The translations under genes and the position numbers were made by a program. This document shows, one piece after another, positions 1 through 9,598 of a DNA stretch of 59,255 bases (positions within the stretch are counted from its first letter, which is position 1; the number at the start of each line of letters is the position of its first letter). Under the pieces are notes generated by a model. That model was given only the letters and a program-made list of their open reading frames with translations, was not told where the DNA came from and ran no database searches. Source of the DNA: Deltaproteobacteria bacterium TL4 (lineage in GTDB: Bacteria > SAR324 > NAC60-12). The stretch covers positions 1 through 59,255 of the forward strand of contig JBBCAX010000287.1 in assembly GCA_051382335.1 (NCBI GenBank). The letters are read 5' to 3'.

Positions 1-125
1 TCGTATTAGAATTAATGATAGGTTTGGCCTGAAAAACGGGAAATAATAACCTTGCATTAATTCATTCATAAAATAAAACCACTGATATTATTGAATAATT
101 AAAACTAAAACCATGAATCAAATGT

Positions 126-1121
126 TCAAAGTCCAGTGTCTATGTAATCCAGGTAATTGGGAACTTCGGTTTGAGGAGTCAGTCCTCGTTGTATTGCCCA
201 TTCGGATTGTTTTTCCAGGGTTACCAGGAGTGATTGTTCCAGGGATACTTTAAATTGATAGGTTGCGCTTAACTCTTTTAACAGTGCTTCATCCATTTGA
301 ATATAGGGAGCTACAAGTTTACGCGAATCTTCAGGATGATCGTGGATAAACGTTCCGGCGTTAATGAGGGCTCGGAGTACTCGTTTTGTGATTGAAGGGT
401 TTGCCGTCGCATAATCCCGCCTTGCGGTAAGGAGGAACAAAGGAGTATATAAGCCTTCTGCCTTAAAGGTGATGCCCTCAGTGCCAAGCTTTTTTTGTGC
501 TTTGTACATCTGAGGATTCCACGTTGCTATCGCATCGACATCTCCCTTCATCAAAGCCTCAACCATCTGAGCGGGTTCCACATGAACGGTTTTGATTTCA
601 TTTTTTAAAATTCCATTCAAGAGTAAAACCAGATCGATGAAATACTCGCCATTGGTGCCAATCGTAACTCCAATTGTTTTACCTTTCAGGTCTTCGGGTT
701 TCAAGATTCCACGATCTTTTCGTGCGACAACCGCAAGATGGTTTTGGGCAGTGATCATGGTTGCGAGCGCAACGATGTTTTCGCCATTTAAAGCACTGTG
801 CATGAACGGTGTTTCTGAAGAAACCCCAAAATTCGTAATCCCTTGACTCACCGCTTTAAGCGTTGAGGCCCCATTTGGATAGGATTTTAGCTTAATGTCC
901 AATCCTTCTTTTTCAAAATAACCTTTTTCGAGAGCGACATCAACCGAATAGGCCGTAAAGGAATGGGGCATGGTTGCAATCGCTATACTTTCGAGGGGGT
1001 GAGGTGACTCTTGTAGCAATCTGGGCATGAGTCCAATGCCAATTCCGAGGATGATAAGAACCCCCATTAAGGTTCCACTCCATAGCATTTTTTTTCGTTT
1101 TGTCCTGGCATTGGAAGACAT
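126..1121 (-). CDS. ABC transporter substrate-binding protein, SsuA/NrtA/THI5-like
   Basis: N-terminal hydrophobic anchor; motifs VALEKGYFEKEGLD, DLKGKTIGVT and GDVDAIATWNP are typical of SsuA/THI5-like binding proteins. Confidence 0.85.
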   Translation of the reverse strand: MSSNARTKRKKMLWSGTLMGVLIILGIGIGLMPRLLQESPHPLESIAIATMPHSFTAYSVDVALEKGYFEKEGLDIKLKSYPNGASTLKAVSQGITNFGVSSETPFMHSALNGENIVALATMITAQNHLAVVARKDRGILKPEDLKGKTIGVTIGTNGEYFIDLVLLLNGILKNEIKTVHVEPAQMVEALMKGDVDAIATWNPQMYKAQKKLGTEGITFKAEGLYTPLFLLTARRDYATANPSITKRVLRALINAGTFIHDHPEDSRKLVAPYIQMDEALLKELSATYQFKVSLEQSLLVTLEKQSEWAIQRGLTPQTEVPNYLDYIDTGL

Positions 1122-1443
1122 GTCATCCTTTCTCGAGCATAAAGGGCGTTGACGGACCTGTTAAAAGGTGAAGACAACGCAAAATTCTTGCTTTCAACAA
1201 TAACTCGCCTCTTGATCTATAGCAACGATTCTGTCTCAATGTAAATACAAAAAGTGCATCCCCAAGTGTACGGGGGACTCTTGGAAAATGAAAATAAACG
1301 AGCGATGATCCTGCTTTAAGGAGGGGGCGTTGATGAATCTGATCGAATTATTGAAAACAGCTTTTCATGTTAGCGGAATTCATTCATAGTGAAGGTTATT
1401 TCTAGGGGGAGGACGTTATTAAAAATCTTCACAGAGAGTGGGT

Positions 1444-2184
1444 ATGAGTAAATCAATTTTTATGACAGGAGCCAGTTCCGGCATTGGAAAAGCGTTGGCT
1501 TTTGAGTTTGCGGAACGTGGATATTCTTTGGCCTTGACAGCTCGTCGAATGGATCAATTAATTCAAATACGAACAGAAATACAGAAAAAACATCCCTCAA
1601 TTCTTATAGAAATCAAAGCCTTGGATGTCACTGATTATGAGTCCATCCCCAGTGCTTTGAGTGAAATGGCAAAGGCGTTGAAGGGGCTTGATATTGTTTT
1701 TGCGAATGCGGGTATTGGTCTCGGCGGCCTTGTGGGAAAGAGTGACTTCAAGAATGCTCAAAAGACAATAGAGACCAATTTAATTGGTGCCATGGCCACT
1801 GTTGATGCGGCCGTTGCTTATTTTTTAAGTCAAGGAAAAGGGCAGATTGTGGCAACCTCTTCTGTTGCCGCATTTCGGGGAATGCCGCGAAATTCCTCAT
1901 ATTGTGCTTCCAAAGCAGGCTTAAGTATTTATTTGGAAAGTGTGAGGGCCGAAGTTTCTCACAAAAATATTGATGTCACGGTCCTGCACCCCGGATTTAT
2001 TGACACTCCCCTGAATGACATGCTGCCGAATCGACCGTTTGTGATTTCCTCTGAAAAAGGTGCCAAATTGATGGCTTCCTTGATTGAAAAGAAAGTCAAA
2101 TCATCAACGGTTCCCAAGATGCCTTGGAGTGTTGTGGGGGCCATGTTGAAGATCTTACCTGATTCCCTGATGCGAAAGGTTTAA
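1444..2184 (+). CDS. Short-chain dehydrogenase/reductase (SDR)
   Basis: TGASSGIG Rossmann motif, ANAG and YCASK (YxxxK) catalytic motif; ATG at 1444 preferred to GTG at 1438. Confidence 0.9.
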   Translation: MSKSIFMTGASSGIGKALAFEFAERGYSLALTARRMDQLIQIRTEIQKKHPSILIEIKALDVTDYESIPSALSEMAKALKGLDIVFANAGIGLGGLVGKSDFKNAQKTIETNLIGAMATVDAAVAYFLSQGKGQIVATSSVAAFRGMPRNSSYCASKAGLSIYLESVRAEVSHKNIDVTVLHPGFIDTPLNDMLPNRPFVISSEKGAKLMASLIEKKVKSSTVPKMPWSVVGAMLKILPDSLMRKV

Positions 2185-2188
2185 AGGT

Positions 2189-2368
2189 CAATACCCGTGA
2201 ATTAAATTGGGAAAATAATAATAAGTATTTTAATTACAGACACTTATAAAATTATAGTGAGTCTTTCTGAAGTCGTTGTGAAAAGTTCGTAGTTCCGCCT
2301 TTAGGCGGCTTTTCTGCAAGGCTTACCGCCTAAAGGCGGAACTACGAACATGATTTCAACGGGTATTG
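2189..2368. mobile_element. MITE-like element with CAATACCCGT terminal inverted repeats enclosing a REP doublet
   Basis: CAATACCCGT at 2189-2198 and ACGGGTATTG at 2359-2368; flanks GGTTTAAAGGT (2178-2188) and GATTTAACGGT (2369-2379) match 9/11. Confidence 0.65.
2285..2349. repeat. GTAG-type REP doublet (perfect 24-bp inverted repeat)
   Basis: GTTCGTAGTTCCGCCTTTAGGCGG (2285-2308) is the exact reverse complement of 2326-2349; each arm holds an internal CCGCC/GGCGG hairpin after GTAG. Confidence 0.85.
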
Positions 2369-2387
2369 GATTTAACGGTGAGGAGTG

Positions 2388-3128
2388 ATGACGATTTATT
2401 TGATCAACAATGAACAGCAACTTCAGAGGGTACCTGCTCTTTTAGAGGGCAGTGGGGAAGAGTTTTGTTTTTCCTATTCCTTTGACCCCGACTTTGTCGC
2501 GGCAATCGGCTATCACGGTTATTTGCCCATGGCTATGTCACAAGAGGATCAACACCTTTTGCTGATAAAGCTGCATCAACAACGTTGTGTTCTTCAGTTT
2601 GATAAGTTACACATTTCCCGTACTGTAAAAAAACGCTCTCGACAGTATGATTTTAGTGTGGATCAAGCTTTTGAACAGTGTATTGAGCAGATCATTGTCC
2701 AACATCATAATAACTGGTTACATCCTCCCTTAGTTCAAACCCTGGTTGAACTGTTTCACCATCATCAATACCCTATAAAAACGCATTCCTTTGAGTTATG
2801 GTCTGAAAACAGGTTGGTTGCCGGAGAAATCGGGTTTGTTGCCGGTGCCTGCTATACGAGCTTGAGCGGCTTCTATTGCCAGAATTCTGCGGGCAGTATT
2901 CAATTATGCGCAAGTGGGGCCTTATTACAAAAATCAGGCTTTGCGTTTTGGGATTTAGGCATGGAATTGCCTTATAAGCTAACCTTGGGAGCGGTGAGTG
3001 TTCCAAGGCATCAGTTTTTGTCAAGCCACAGGAAAGTCCGCGATCATACCCGCCTCCTTCAATGTGAACGAATGAACGCACACGATCTGATCATGTATGC
3101 CTCAAATAGCAAAGGCAATAATGAATGA
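2388..3128 (+). CDS. aat: Leucyl/phenylalanyl-tRNA--protein transferase
   Basis: LHISRTVKK, FSVDQAFEQCI, HSFELWSENRLVAGEIG and YTSLSGF motifs of L/F-transferases. Confidence 0.8.
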   Translation: MTIYLINNEQQLQRVPALLEGSGEEFCFSYSFDPDFVAAIGYHGYLPMAMSQEDQHLLLIKLHQQRCVLQFDKLHISRTVKKRSRQYDFSVDQAFEQCIEQIIVQHHNNWLHPPLVQTLVELFHHHQYPIKTHSFELWSENRLVAGEIGFVAGACYTSLSGFYCQNSAGSIQLCASGALLQKSGFAFWDLGMELPYKLTLGAVSVPRHQFLSSHRKVRDHTRLLQCERMNAHDLIMYASNSKGNNE

Positions 3129-4482
3129 ACATAAACCGTCCATCGCCGTCGTTGGCGCAGGATTAGCGGGTTCTGAAGCCGCATGGCAGTTAGCACAGCG
3201 GGGACATCACGTCCATTTATTTGAAATGCGGCCTGAGGTGACGACGGAGGCGCATAAAACCGCTTATTGCGCGGAGTTGGTTTGTTCCAACTCTTTCAAA
3301 AGTATCTCAAAAGAGAATGCTCATGGCTTGTTAAAAAAAGAAATGGAGTTATGGGATTCTCTTGTTTTGAGGGCTGCCAATCAATTTTCCGTTCCTGCAG
3401 GACAAGCCTTGTCGGTTGATCGCGAACCTTTTTCTGAGTGGATCACGAACCAACTGAGTCAACATCCGAAGATTGAATTGTTTCGTCAGGAAATCACCAA
3501 CCTGACCGCGTTACAACAAAATTATCCTTATGTTTTAATCACCACTGGCCCCTTGACTTCCGCGGGGTTAACCCAAGCTTTACAAGCCTTCTTAGGCATG
3601 GAGCACTTGTCATTTTATGACGCGATTGCGCCAATTGTTACGTTAGACTCCATTGATATGAATGTTGCGTTTAAGGCCTCACGCTATCAAAAAGGCGATG
3701 CGGATTATATCAATTGTCCCCTGAATCGGCCTCAATATGAAGCGTTTGTTCGTGCCATTTATGAGGCGGACAAGGTTCCCTTGCACCCTTTTGAACGCAC
3801 TCGCCCTTTTGAAGGCTGCCTTCCTATTGAGGTGATGGTAGAGCGAGGTACCGAAACCTTACGCTATGGCCCTATGAAACCTGTGGGTATCGCGCACCCG
3901 GAGACCGGTGAACGATATCATGCGATTGTGCAATTAAGACAGGAAAACGCCGTAGGGTCTTTGTACAACCTGGTGGGTTTTCAAACAAAAATGACATGGA
4001 CGGCCCAAAAGGAAGTCTTTCGGATGATTCCCGGATTGGAACAAGCGGAATTTGTCCGCTTGGGTTCGATTCATCGAAATACCTTCCTCAACAGTCCTCA
4101 ACTGTTGACGACGCAGTTGTCCTTGAAAGCCTGTCCTCAACTGTTCTTTGCAGGGCAAATGACCGGTGTTGAAGGGTATATGGAATCCACAGCGACAGGC
4201 ATTGTCGCGGCAAATCAAATTGCGGGAATCCTGGAAAACGCGCCTTTGCCCCAACTTCCCTCATGTACGATGATGGGGGCGCTGATACGTTATATAACGC
4301 AGTCGGATAGTCGCTCGTTTCAACCGATCAATTCAAATTTTGGTCTGCTAGATCTTCCAACGATCAAGGTTGCCAAAAAAGAATCCCGAGCCTGTCTTAC
4401 CAATCAGGCCCTCGCGTCCATGAATGAAATCGTGAGTCACTATCACCCTAAATCGTTTATCTCAAAACAACCTAAGCTTTAA
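3121..4482 (+). CDS. trmFO: Folate/FAD-dependent tRNA (uracil-5) methyltransferase TrmFO
   Basis: GAGLAGSEAAWQ, AELVCSNS, FEGCLPIE, GPMKPVG and FAGQMTGVEGY; ATG 3121 overlaps the aat stop. Confidence 0.95.
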   Translation: MNEHKPSIAVVGAGLAGSEAAWQLAQRGHHVHLFEMRPEVTTEAHKTAYCAELVCSNSFKSISKENAHGLLKKEMELWDSLVLRAANQFSVPAGQALSVDREPFSEWITNQLSQHPKIELFRQEITNLTALQQNYPYVLITTGPLTSAGLTQALQAFLGMEHLSFYDAIAPIVTLDSIDMNVAFKASRYQKGDADYINCPLNRPQYEAFVRAIYEADKVPLHPFERTRPFEGCLPIEVMVERGTETLRYGPMKPVGIAHPETGERYHAIVQLRQENAVGSLYNLVGFQTKMTWTAQKEVFRMIPGLEQAEFVRLGSIHRNTFLNSPQLLTTQLSLKACPQLFFAGQMTGVEGYMESTATGIVAANQIAGILENAPLPQLPSCTMMGALIRYITQSDSRSFQPINSNFGLLDLPTIKVAKKESRACLTNQALASMNEIVSHYHPKSFISKQPKL

Positions 4483-4497
4483 ATACTGGAGTCTCCT

Positions 4498-5910
4498 ATG
4501 AGTCATCTTCAAGAATCTCCTCAAACTATCTATTTTTCAGGAATTTGCGGCACTGCTATGGCTTCTCTCGCCGTCTTATTAAAACAGCGTGGCTTACAAA
4601 TCAAAGGTTCGGACAGCAATATTTATCCGCCTATGAGTACTTTTTTACAAGAACACCAGATTCCCATTTTGGAAGGCTATGAGGCGTCTCATCTGACACC
4701 CCGACCGGATTTGGTTGTGATCGGCAATGCCTTGTCCCGTGGAAACCCGGAAGTTGAAGCGGTTATGGCACAAGGCATTCCTTACATTTCGATGGCTGAA
4801 TTGCTGAAAGAATATTTCATCCGGGGAAAAACGTCCATCGTGGTCACCGGAACGCATGGAAAAACCACAACCACCTCTTTGTTAGCCTGGGTTTTTTATA
4901 GTGCAGGCCAAGCTCCAGGCTTTATGATCGGGGGCATTGCGGAAAATTTTGGAGCCAGTTGTCAAGAGGCTAAAGGCCAGTTTTTCATTACGGAAGGTGA
5001 TGAATATGACACCGCGTTCTTCGATAAGCGGTCTAAATTCTTTCATTATTTGCCTCATCAACTTTTGCTCAACAATATCGAATTTGATCATGCGGATATC
5101 TTTGATTCCCTGGAGGATATCTTAAAGGCTTTCCGGTTGTTATTGCGCTTAGTCCCTAAAAATGGGTTGATCGTTGCTAATGGCGATAATGAAAATGTGC
5201 TGAAAACCATCAAACAGGCGTTCACGCCATGTGTTACCTTTGGGGTTGATTCTTCGTGTGATGTGCAAGTTTCCAAGATTTGTTCCCTAGAAAAGGGCAT
5301 GTCTTTTCAAATGGAGTGGAAGGGAAAAGGCGAGTATCGGTTTACGCTTCCTTTACTGGGAGACTATAATGTCATGAATGCGACTGCCGTTGCAGTGCTA
5401 GCAATGTATAATGGAATCACATCGGAACAAATTCAGGCGGCGTTTAGTACCTTCCAGGGCGTTAAACGACGACAGGAGTTGAGAGGGATTCGGAAGGGAA
5501 TTTATATTTATGACGATTTTGCCCATCATCCCACCGCTGTGAAAAAAACGATCGAAGCCTTACGCCAAAAACACCCCCGACAGCGTTTAATTGCGGTGTT
5601 TGAACCAAGGAGCAATACCAGTGTCCTCAAAATCCATCAAGAGGAGTTAACTCACGCGTTTGAAGACGCTGATGAAATTCTACTGTCTTTTCCTCATCGT
5701 TATGAGCGTCTTTCTGTAGAACAAAGATTGGATGTTGCTCAAATCATCAAAGAACTCCAGGCGGACAACAAGTCCGCGAAATCGTTTCACTCCGGAAATG
5801 AAATCGCGCAGTACCTGATTCAAAATGCCAGGGAAGGTGATGTGATTCTGGTGATGAGTAACGGGAAGTTTGATAATATCCACGTGCAATTACTTGAGGG
5901 CTTATACTAA
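4498..5910 (+). CDS. mpl: Murein peptide ligase
   Basis: GICGTAM, IGNALSRGNPEVE, GTHGKTTT, EGDEYDTAFFDKRSKF, DDFAHHPT and EPRSNT are characteristic of Mpl. Confidence 0.93.
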   Translation: MSHLQESPQTIYFSGICGTAMASLAVLLKQRGLQIKGSDSNIYPPMSTFLQEHQIPILEGYEASHLTPRPDLVVIGNALSRGNPEVEAVMAQGIPYISMAELLKEYFIRGKTSIVVTGTHGKTTTTSLLAWVFYSAGQAPGFMIGGIAENFGASCQEAKGQFFITEGDEYDTAFFDKRSKFFHYLPHQLLLNNIEFDHADIFDSLEDILKAFRLLLRLVPKNGLIVANGDNENVLKTIKQAFTPCVTFGVDSSCDVQVSKICSLEKGMSFQMEWKGKGEYRFTLPLLGDYNVMNATAVAVLAMYNGITSEQIQAAFSTFQGVKRRQELRGIRKGIYIYDDFAHHPTAVKKTIEALRQKHPRQRLIAVFEPRSNTSVLKIHQEELTHAFEDADEILLSFPHRYERLSVEQRLDVAQIIKELQADNKSAKSFHSGNEIAQYLIQNAREGDVILVMSNGKFDNIHVQLLEGLY

Positions 5911-5930
5911 ACAGAAAGAAAGGGAGGGCT

Positions 5931-5954
5931 GGCGGGCACGAAGGCCCACCCTAC
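5931..5954 (-). repeat. Single GTAG-type REP-like hairpin
   Basis: Minus strand reads GTAGGGTGGGCCTTCGTGCCCGCC; lies between convergent genes. Confidence 0.55.
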
Positions 5955-6019
5955 TGAGTTCTTAAGTTGCGCTCAACAAGCCACCATTAAACTGGCAACG
6001 ATTCCTGAAGCCTTGCGCC

Positions 6020-6724
6020 TTATTGAGGTTCTACCAACTCCATATCATTGTAGAGCGGGTTCTGATAAATCGTTTTTACGGTTTCCGCATACCAACGCCC
6101 ACCGCGTTTTGAGGGGATTTTGTGCTCATTGAGATACTTTGCGATTTTATGGTAGCTCATCACCTCTCCATTTCTTTTGAAACGGATCAAAGAAACGGTT
6201 TTGAGTTCATGAGGGCTCGGAATTAATTTCTTGTTTTTGTAGGTGAATCCAAATGGCGCATGACCAACACTTTCCCCTACTTCACGCTTACGCTCAATAA
6301 GTTCTTTGGTTCGGTCCGAGATCATTTTGGAATCCCATTTTGCAATGATGTTGATCACATCCAATGCCAGTCGGCCACTTTCTTCAGAAGAGTCAATGCC
6401 TTCTTCGATGGAAATCAATCTGACACTTTGTTCAAAACAGACCTTCTGAATGAAACGATGATACAGCCGAACCGTTCTGGTAAGGCGATCAAGACGCGCG
6501 ATAATCAAAATATCGATCTCACCATTCTCTGCCAATTCGAATACTTTTTGCAGACTAGGCAAGTCCAAAGTGGCGCTGGATCGATCAATATCGCTGAAAA
6601 CCTCATCAACCGTGTATCCATGTTCCTCAGCATATTTGTGAATGATCTGGCTCTGGGCTTCTATTTCCATCGTTTTGGGATGATTTCGTTGGTCATTGAG
6701 ACGGGCATACCCATAGACTTTCAT
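6020..6724 (-). CDS. Serine recombinase family protein (resolvase + recombinase domain); catalytic Ser replaced by Asn
   Basis: YGYARLN in place of YARVS; RLDRLTR; GHAPFGF; IAKYLNEHKIPSKRGGRW recombinase-domain motif. Confidence 0.85.
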   Translation of the reverse strand: MKVYGYARLNDQRNHPKTMEIEAQSQIIHKYAEEHGYTVDEVFSDIDRSSATLDLPSLQKVFELAENGEIDILIIARLDRLTRTVRLYHRFIQKVCFEQSVRLISIEEGIDSSEESGRLALDVINIIAKWDSKMISDRTKELIERKREVGESVGHAPFGFTYKNKKLIPSPHELKTVSLIRFKRNGEVMSYHKIAKYLNEHKIPSKRGGRWYAETVKTIYQNPLYNDMELVEPQ

Positions 6725-7015
6725 AAAACACTCCGTTGTTTTATATTGTTAATTTGGGTTTAGGGGGATAAACCATTTTGCAGAATAAACTATTTGAAAT
6801 ACCTCTTCAGTCGCACGCAGAGACAGCGTCCCTAAAGAAAAAGCAAATGTTTATTTATCTGAAACTTATTCAGCGGCCATTGTAGAATTGACCAGGCTTA
6901 GAGTCAAGTTGGTTTTAATATTTATTCTGAATGAATTCTTATAGTTCTGAGTGACTTAGATCCTCAGACCTTGTCCATTATCCGTGATTTTGTACACCTC
7001 GTTTGATGAAATTTA

Positions 7016-8020
7016 ATGCTAGAAAAGACAGAGACACTCCCTGCTTATTTTGCGGTAATTGATATAGGCAGTAACGCGATAAGAATGATTGTCGCCAAAC
7101 TTGATGAATCTTTTCAACTCACTGTTCAAAAAAAGTTCCGGGTGTTTTTGAGGTTGGGAAAAGAAGTTTTTGCCTCAGGACAAGTGAATGAGCTGATGAT
7201 CCAAAAACTGCTGACCGCAATTGAACGCCTGACCTTGGAGTTGCGGGAATATCCGAATTGCCTGACCTATCTGAGTGCCACCAGTGCCCTTCGTGATGCT
7301 TCCAATCACGGTGACATCAAAGAACGGCTTGATCAACAAACAGGAATTCCACTCGCCATCCTTTCTGGACATGAGGAAGCGCAGTTACTTTATCAGGGCT
7401 TATGTGTCTTGATGCCCATGGAGGCCTCAGCCATCGCGTTTGCCGACTTGGGAGGCGGAAGTTTGGAAATATCGCTGATGCAACAGCGGCAACTTATTTT
7501 TCAACGTAGTTTTGATTACGGAACCCTTAGAATAGTCCAAATGCTCAAAACGCTTCCTTTCCAAAAAGTGGAAGAGTTTTTGGACAAAATGGAAGGTGAA
7601 ATAGCGCGCGAATTGAAAACAGCATCATGGAAGACGTGTCAACTGATTCTAACGGGCGGAAATGCTAAAATTCTTGCTCGGTTGTTAGCAAAGCTGTCGG
7701 GTTCCTACATTGAGGAAAATGAGAGTTGGATACAAATCAACTTCCAGGAAATATTAAGGGTTTTTCACGAAATTCAGGCGTGTCCTTCACATCAATGGTC
7801 CGAGCAGTGGGCAATGGGAGATGAACAGGTGGAAGTATTCGGACCTGCCTTGCAAATTTTTAAAAGACTGATCACCGTGTTGCAAGGAGAAAATATCAGC
7901 ATTCCGCTGATTGGGTTCAAAGAAGCCCTGCTTGTTCAGAGGGTGCAAAAAGCTTATCCTGATCTTGAATTCATTTTCATTCCTCATTTTCCTACTCCTC
8001 AATTTTTGGAAGTTGAGTAA
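7016..8020 (+). CDS. Ppx/GppA family exopolyphosphatase (short form)
   Basis: IDIGSNAIR, ATSALRDASN, LSGHEEA and DLGGGSLE motifs. Confidence 0.85.
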   Translation: MLEKTETLPAYFAVIDIGSNAIRMIVAKLDESFQLTVQKKFRVFLRLGKEVFASGQVNELMIQKLLTAIERLTLELREYPNCLTYLSATSALRDASNHGDIKERLDQQTGIPLAILSGHEEAQLLYQGLCVLMPMEASAIAFADLGGGSLEISLMQQRQLIFQRSFDYGTLRIVQMLKTLPFQKVEEFLDKMEGEIARELKTASWKTCQLILTGGNAKILARLLAKLSGSYIEENESWIQINFQEILRVFHEIQACPSHQWSEQWAMGDEQVEVFGPALQIFKRLITVLQGENISIPLIGFKEALLVQRVQKAYPDLEFIFIPHFPTPQFLEVE

Positions 8021-9027
8021 ATAACTCCTGTGTGTTTGGTATCCCAAATCTCGATTTTATGGAGATCGTTCAACTGCGGGGACAGCTGGTTGTCAATCCA
8101 CTGTGCCAGGTGAATTGTTGAGGAGGAGTCCAGGGTGTTCACTTGCATTAACGCATGATGATCCAACTGCTTGAACAATGGATTGAAGAGTTCGTTAATC
8201 TCTCCAAAATCACGAGTCCAGCCCAAGGTTTCATCAAGTTTAGCCTTCAAAATGTATAATCGAACCAGATAAGTATGTCCCATCGGTCCTGAAGGTCCTT
8301 CTATGGCACTATCCATGCTGAAGGCTTTAAAACCGCTCCATTGATTACCATCATAGCGGCTACCGGAGTTAGGAGTTTCAAACGTTGTAATCAAGGTCAA
8401 TGATGGAAGAATCGACTTGAAAGAGTTCCATAGCCAAGTACACAGGTTTTCGGAGGTTGGATTCTCCAGTCCCGGGATATGATTCAAAAACTGTCCTTGT
8501 AGCCGTTCGTGGATCGGGGCAAAAAGTTTCAACAGTTCTTCAAAGTGAGTTACATAAGGGGGTTGCTCGGGTTGCCATTGAATCCCGATTTGAAAATTAT
8601 GTCCGTGTAACCGTCCGCATTTGTGTCCTGGCGGGACATTAGGGAGATAATGCGCGGCATGGATTTCCAATTGGTGAGAAAGAAAGAAACTGGAGTTGTG
8701 ATACATCGCATGTGTTTCTGGAGCACTCCGTAACTGAAGAGTCTCTAGATCCAATTCATCCAATTGAGGTAAACACCATTTGATGATGTCAACATCACTG
8801 GGGTCCGAAAGGTTTAAGCTTTCATTGAGAAAACTGTAGTCTAATTGAACAAGTACTGGGGCGAGTTGCAACTCCATTTGTTCCCAATTTTCAGGATGTT
8901 GAGTCTCAGGCCAGTTTTGATGACAGGTCAAACAGAAGGAATGCCCATGAAGTCGTTGAAAAGGGAAACTATTCCGGTTTAATTTTCGTGCTGCTTCAAA
9001 AGGGAAAGACTTGAAAAGTTGAATCAT
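7999..9027 (-). CDS. queD: 6-carboxytetrahydropterin synthase (QueD/PTPS) with three tandem domains
   Basis: Central domain AAHYLPNVPPGHKCGRLHGH...LENPTSEN; degenerate copies in front (FEAARKL...RLHGH) and behind (MGHTY...DFGEI...LDHH). Confidence 0.8.
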   Translation of the reverse strand: MIQLFKSFPFEAARKLNRNSFPFQRLHGHSFCLTCHQNWPETQHPENWEQMELQLAPVLVQLDYSFLNESLNLSDPSDVDIIKWCLPQLDELDLETLQLRSAPETHAMYHNSSFFLSHQLEIHAAHYLPNVPPGHKCGRLHGHNFQIGIQWQPEQPPYVTHFEELLKLFAPIHERLQGQFLNHIPGLENPTSENLCTWLWNSFKSILPSLTLITTFETPNSGSRYDGNQWSGFKAFSMDSAIEGPSGPMGHTYLVRLYILKAKLDETLGWTRDFGEINELFNPLFKQLDHHALMQVNTLDSSSTIHLAQWIDNQLSPQLNDLHKIEIWDTKHTGVIYSTSKN

Positions 9028-9204
9028 GGGCTCAACTAAAGCGATAGGTTAATAAAAAAAGAATTTGCGTAATAGGACCAAAGAGCGTAATGAATGGCTC
9101 GTTTTAGCTGTTAATATTGACAAATTACCTGATTTATTAGGATAATGGAAGTACTAAATTTACTGAAGTCTTGACTTCAGGACTTTCATGTTATTCCCCT
9201 TATC

Positions 9205-9278
9205 ACAGGGGGTTCGCTTATTATTAAACAAACATAGTCACCCAACGTGTTGCTCATTCCAAATTGATCATTTTGAAA
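9205..9278 (+). repeat. 74-bp dispersed repeat, copy 1 (identical to 32415-32488)
   Basis: ACAGGGGGTTCGCTTATTATTAAAC...TTGATCATTTTGAAA is identical at both loci. Confidence 0.9.
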
Positions 9279-9598
9279 CTGAACTCTCTCGTTAATTCCG
9301 AACAAATGTGCTGAGTTCATAATCTGTCTTAAAAAGATACTTTTCAAGATAAAAATAAACAGACCGCCCCTATCCCCTTATGCCACTTTGTTTTCAAGAT
9401 GAGTGACTAAATCCTCGTTTGGAGGATTCTCCAAATCGGATTTGATACCGCCCTTTTTTTTTCTCGAAGATCTTTTTTTTGCTTCTTTTGCTCCGTCTTC
9501 TCCTTTTCTTTTGAAGGGTCACCTTCAGAGACTTTTTCTGTATTCAAGGTGAGTTGATTTTTGGGAAGTCAATCTGGGACACTACCTAAAAAATGGGG

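Noticed and set aside
1..128. Possible element truncating the binding-protein C-terminus
   Set aside because: AT-rich, but no IR or TSD can be identified at the window edge
6020..6724. Serine recombinase as integrase of the defence island
   Set aside because: It lies 10 kb away, outside the direct repeats, and lacks the catalytic Ser
9380..9560. Lys/Glu-rich short minus-strand reading frame
   Set aside because: Low complexity, short, no convincing start or motif
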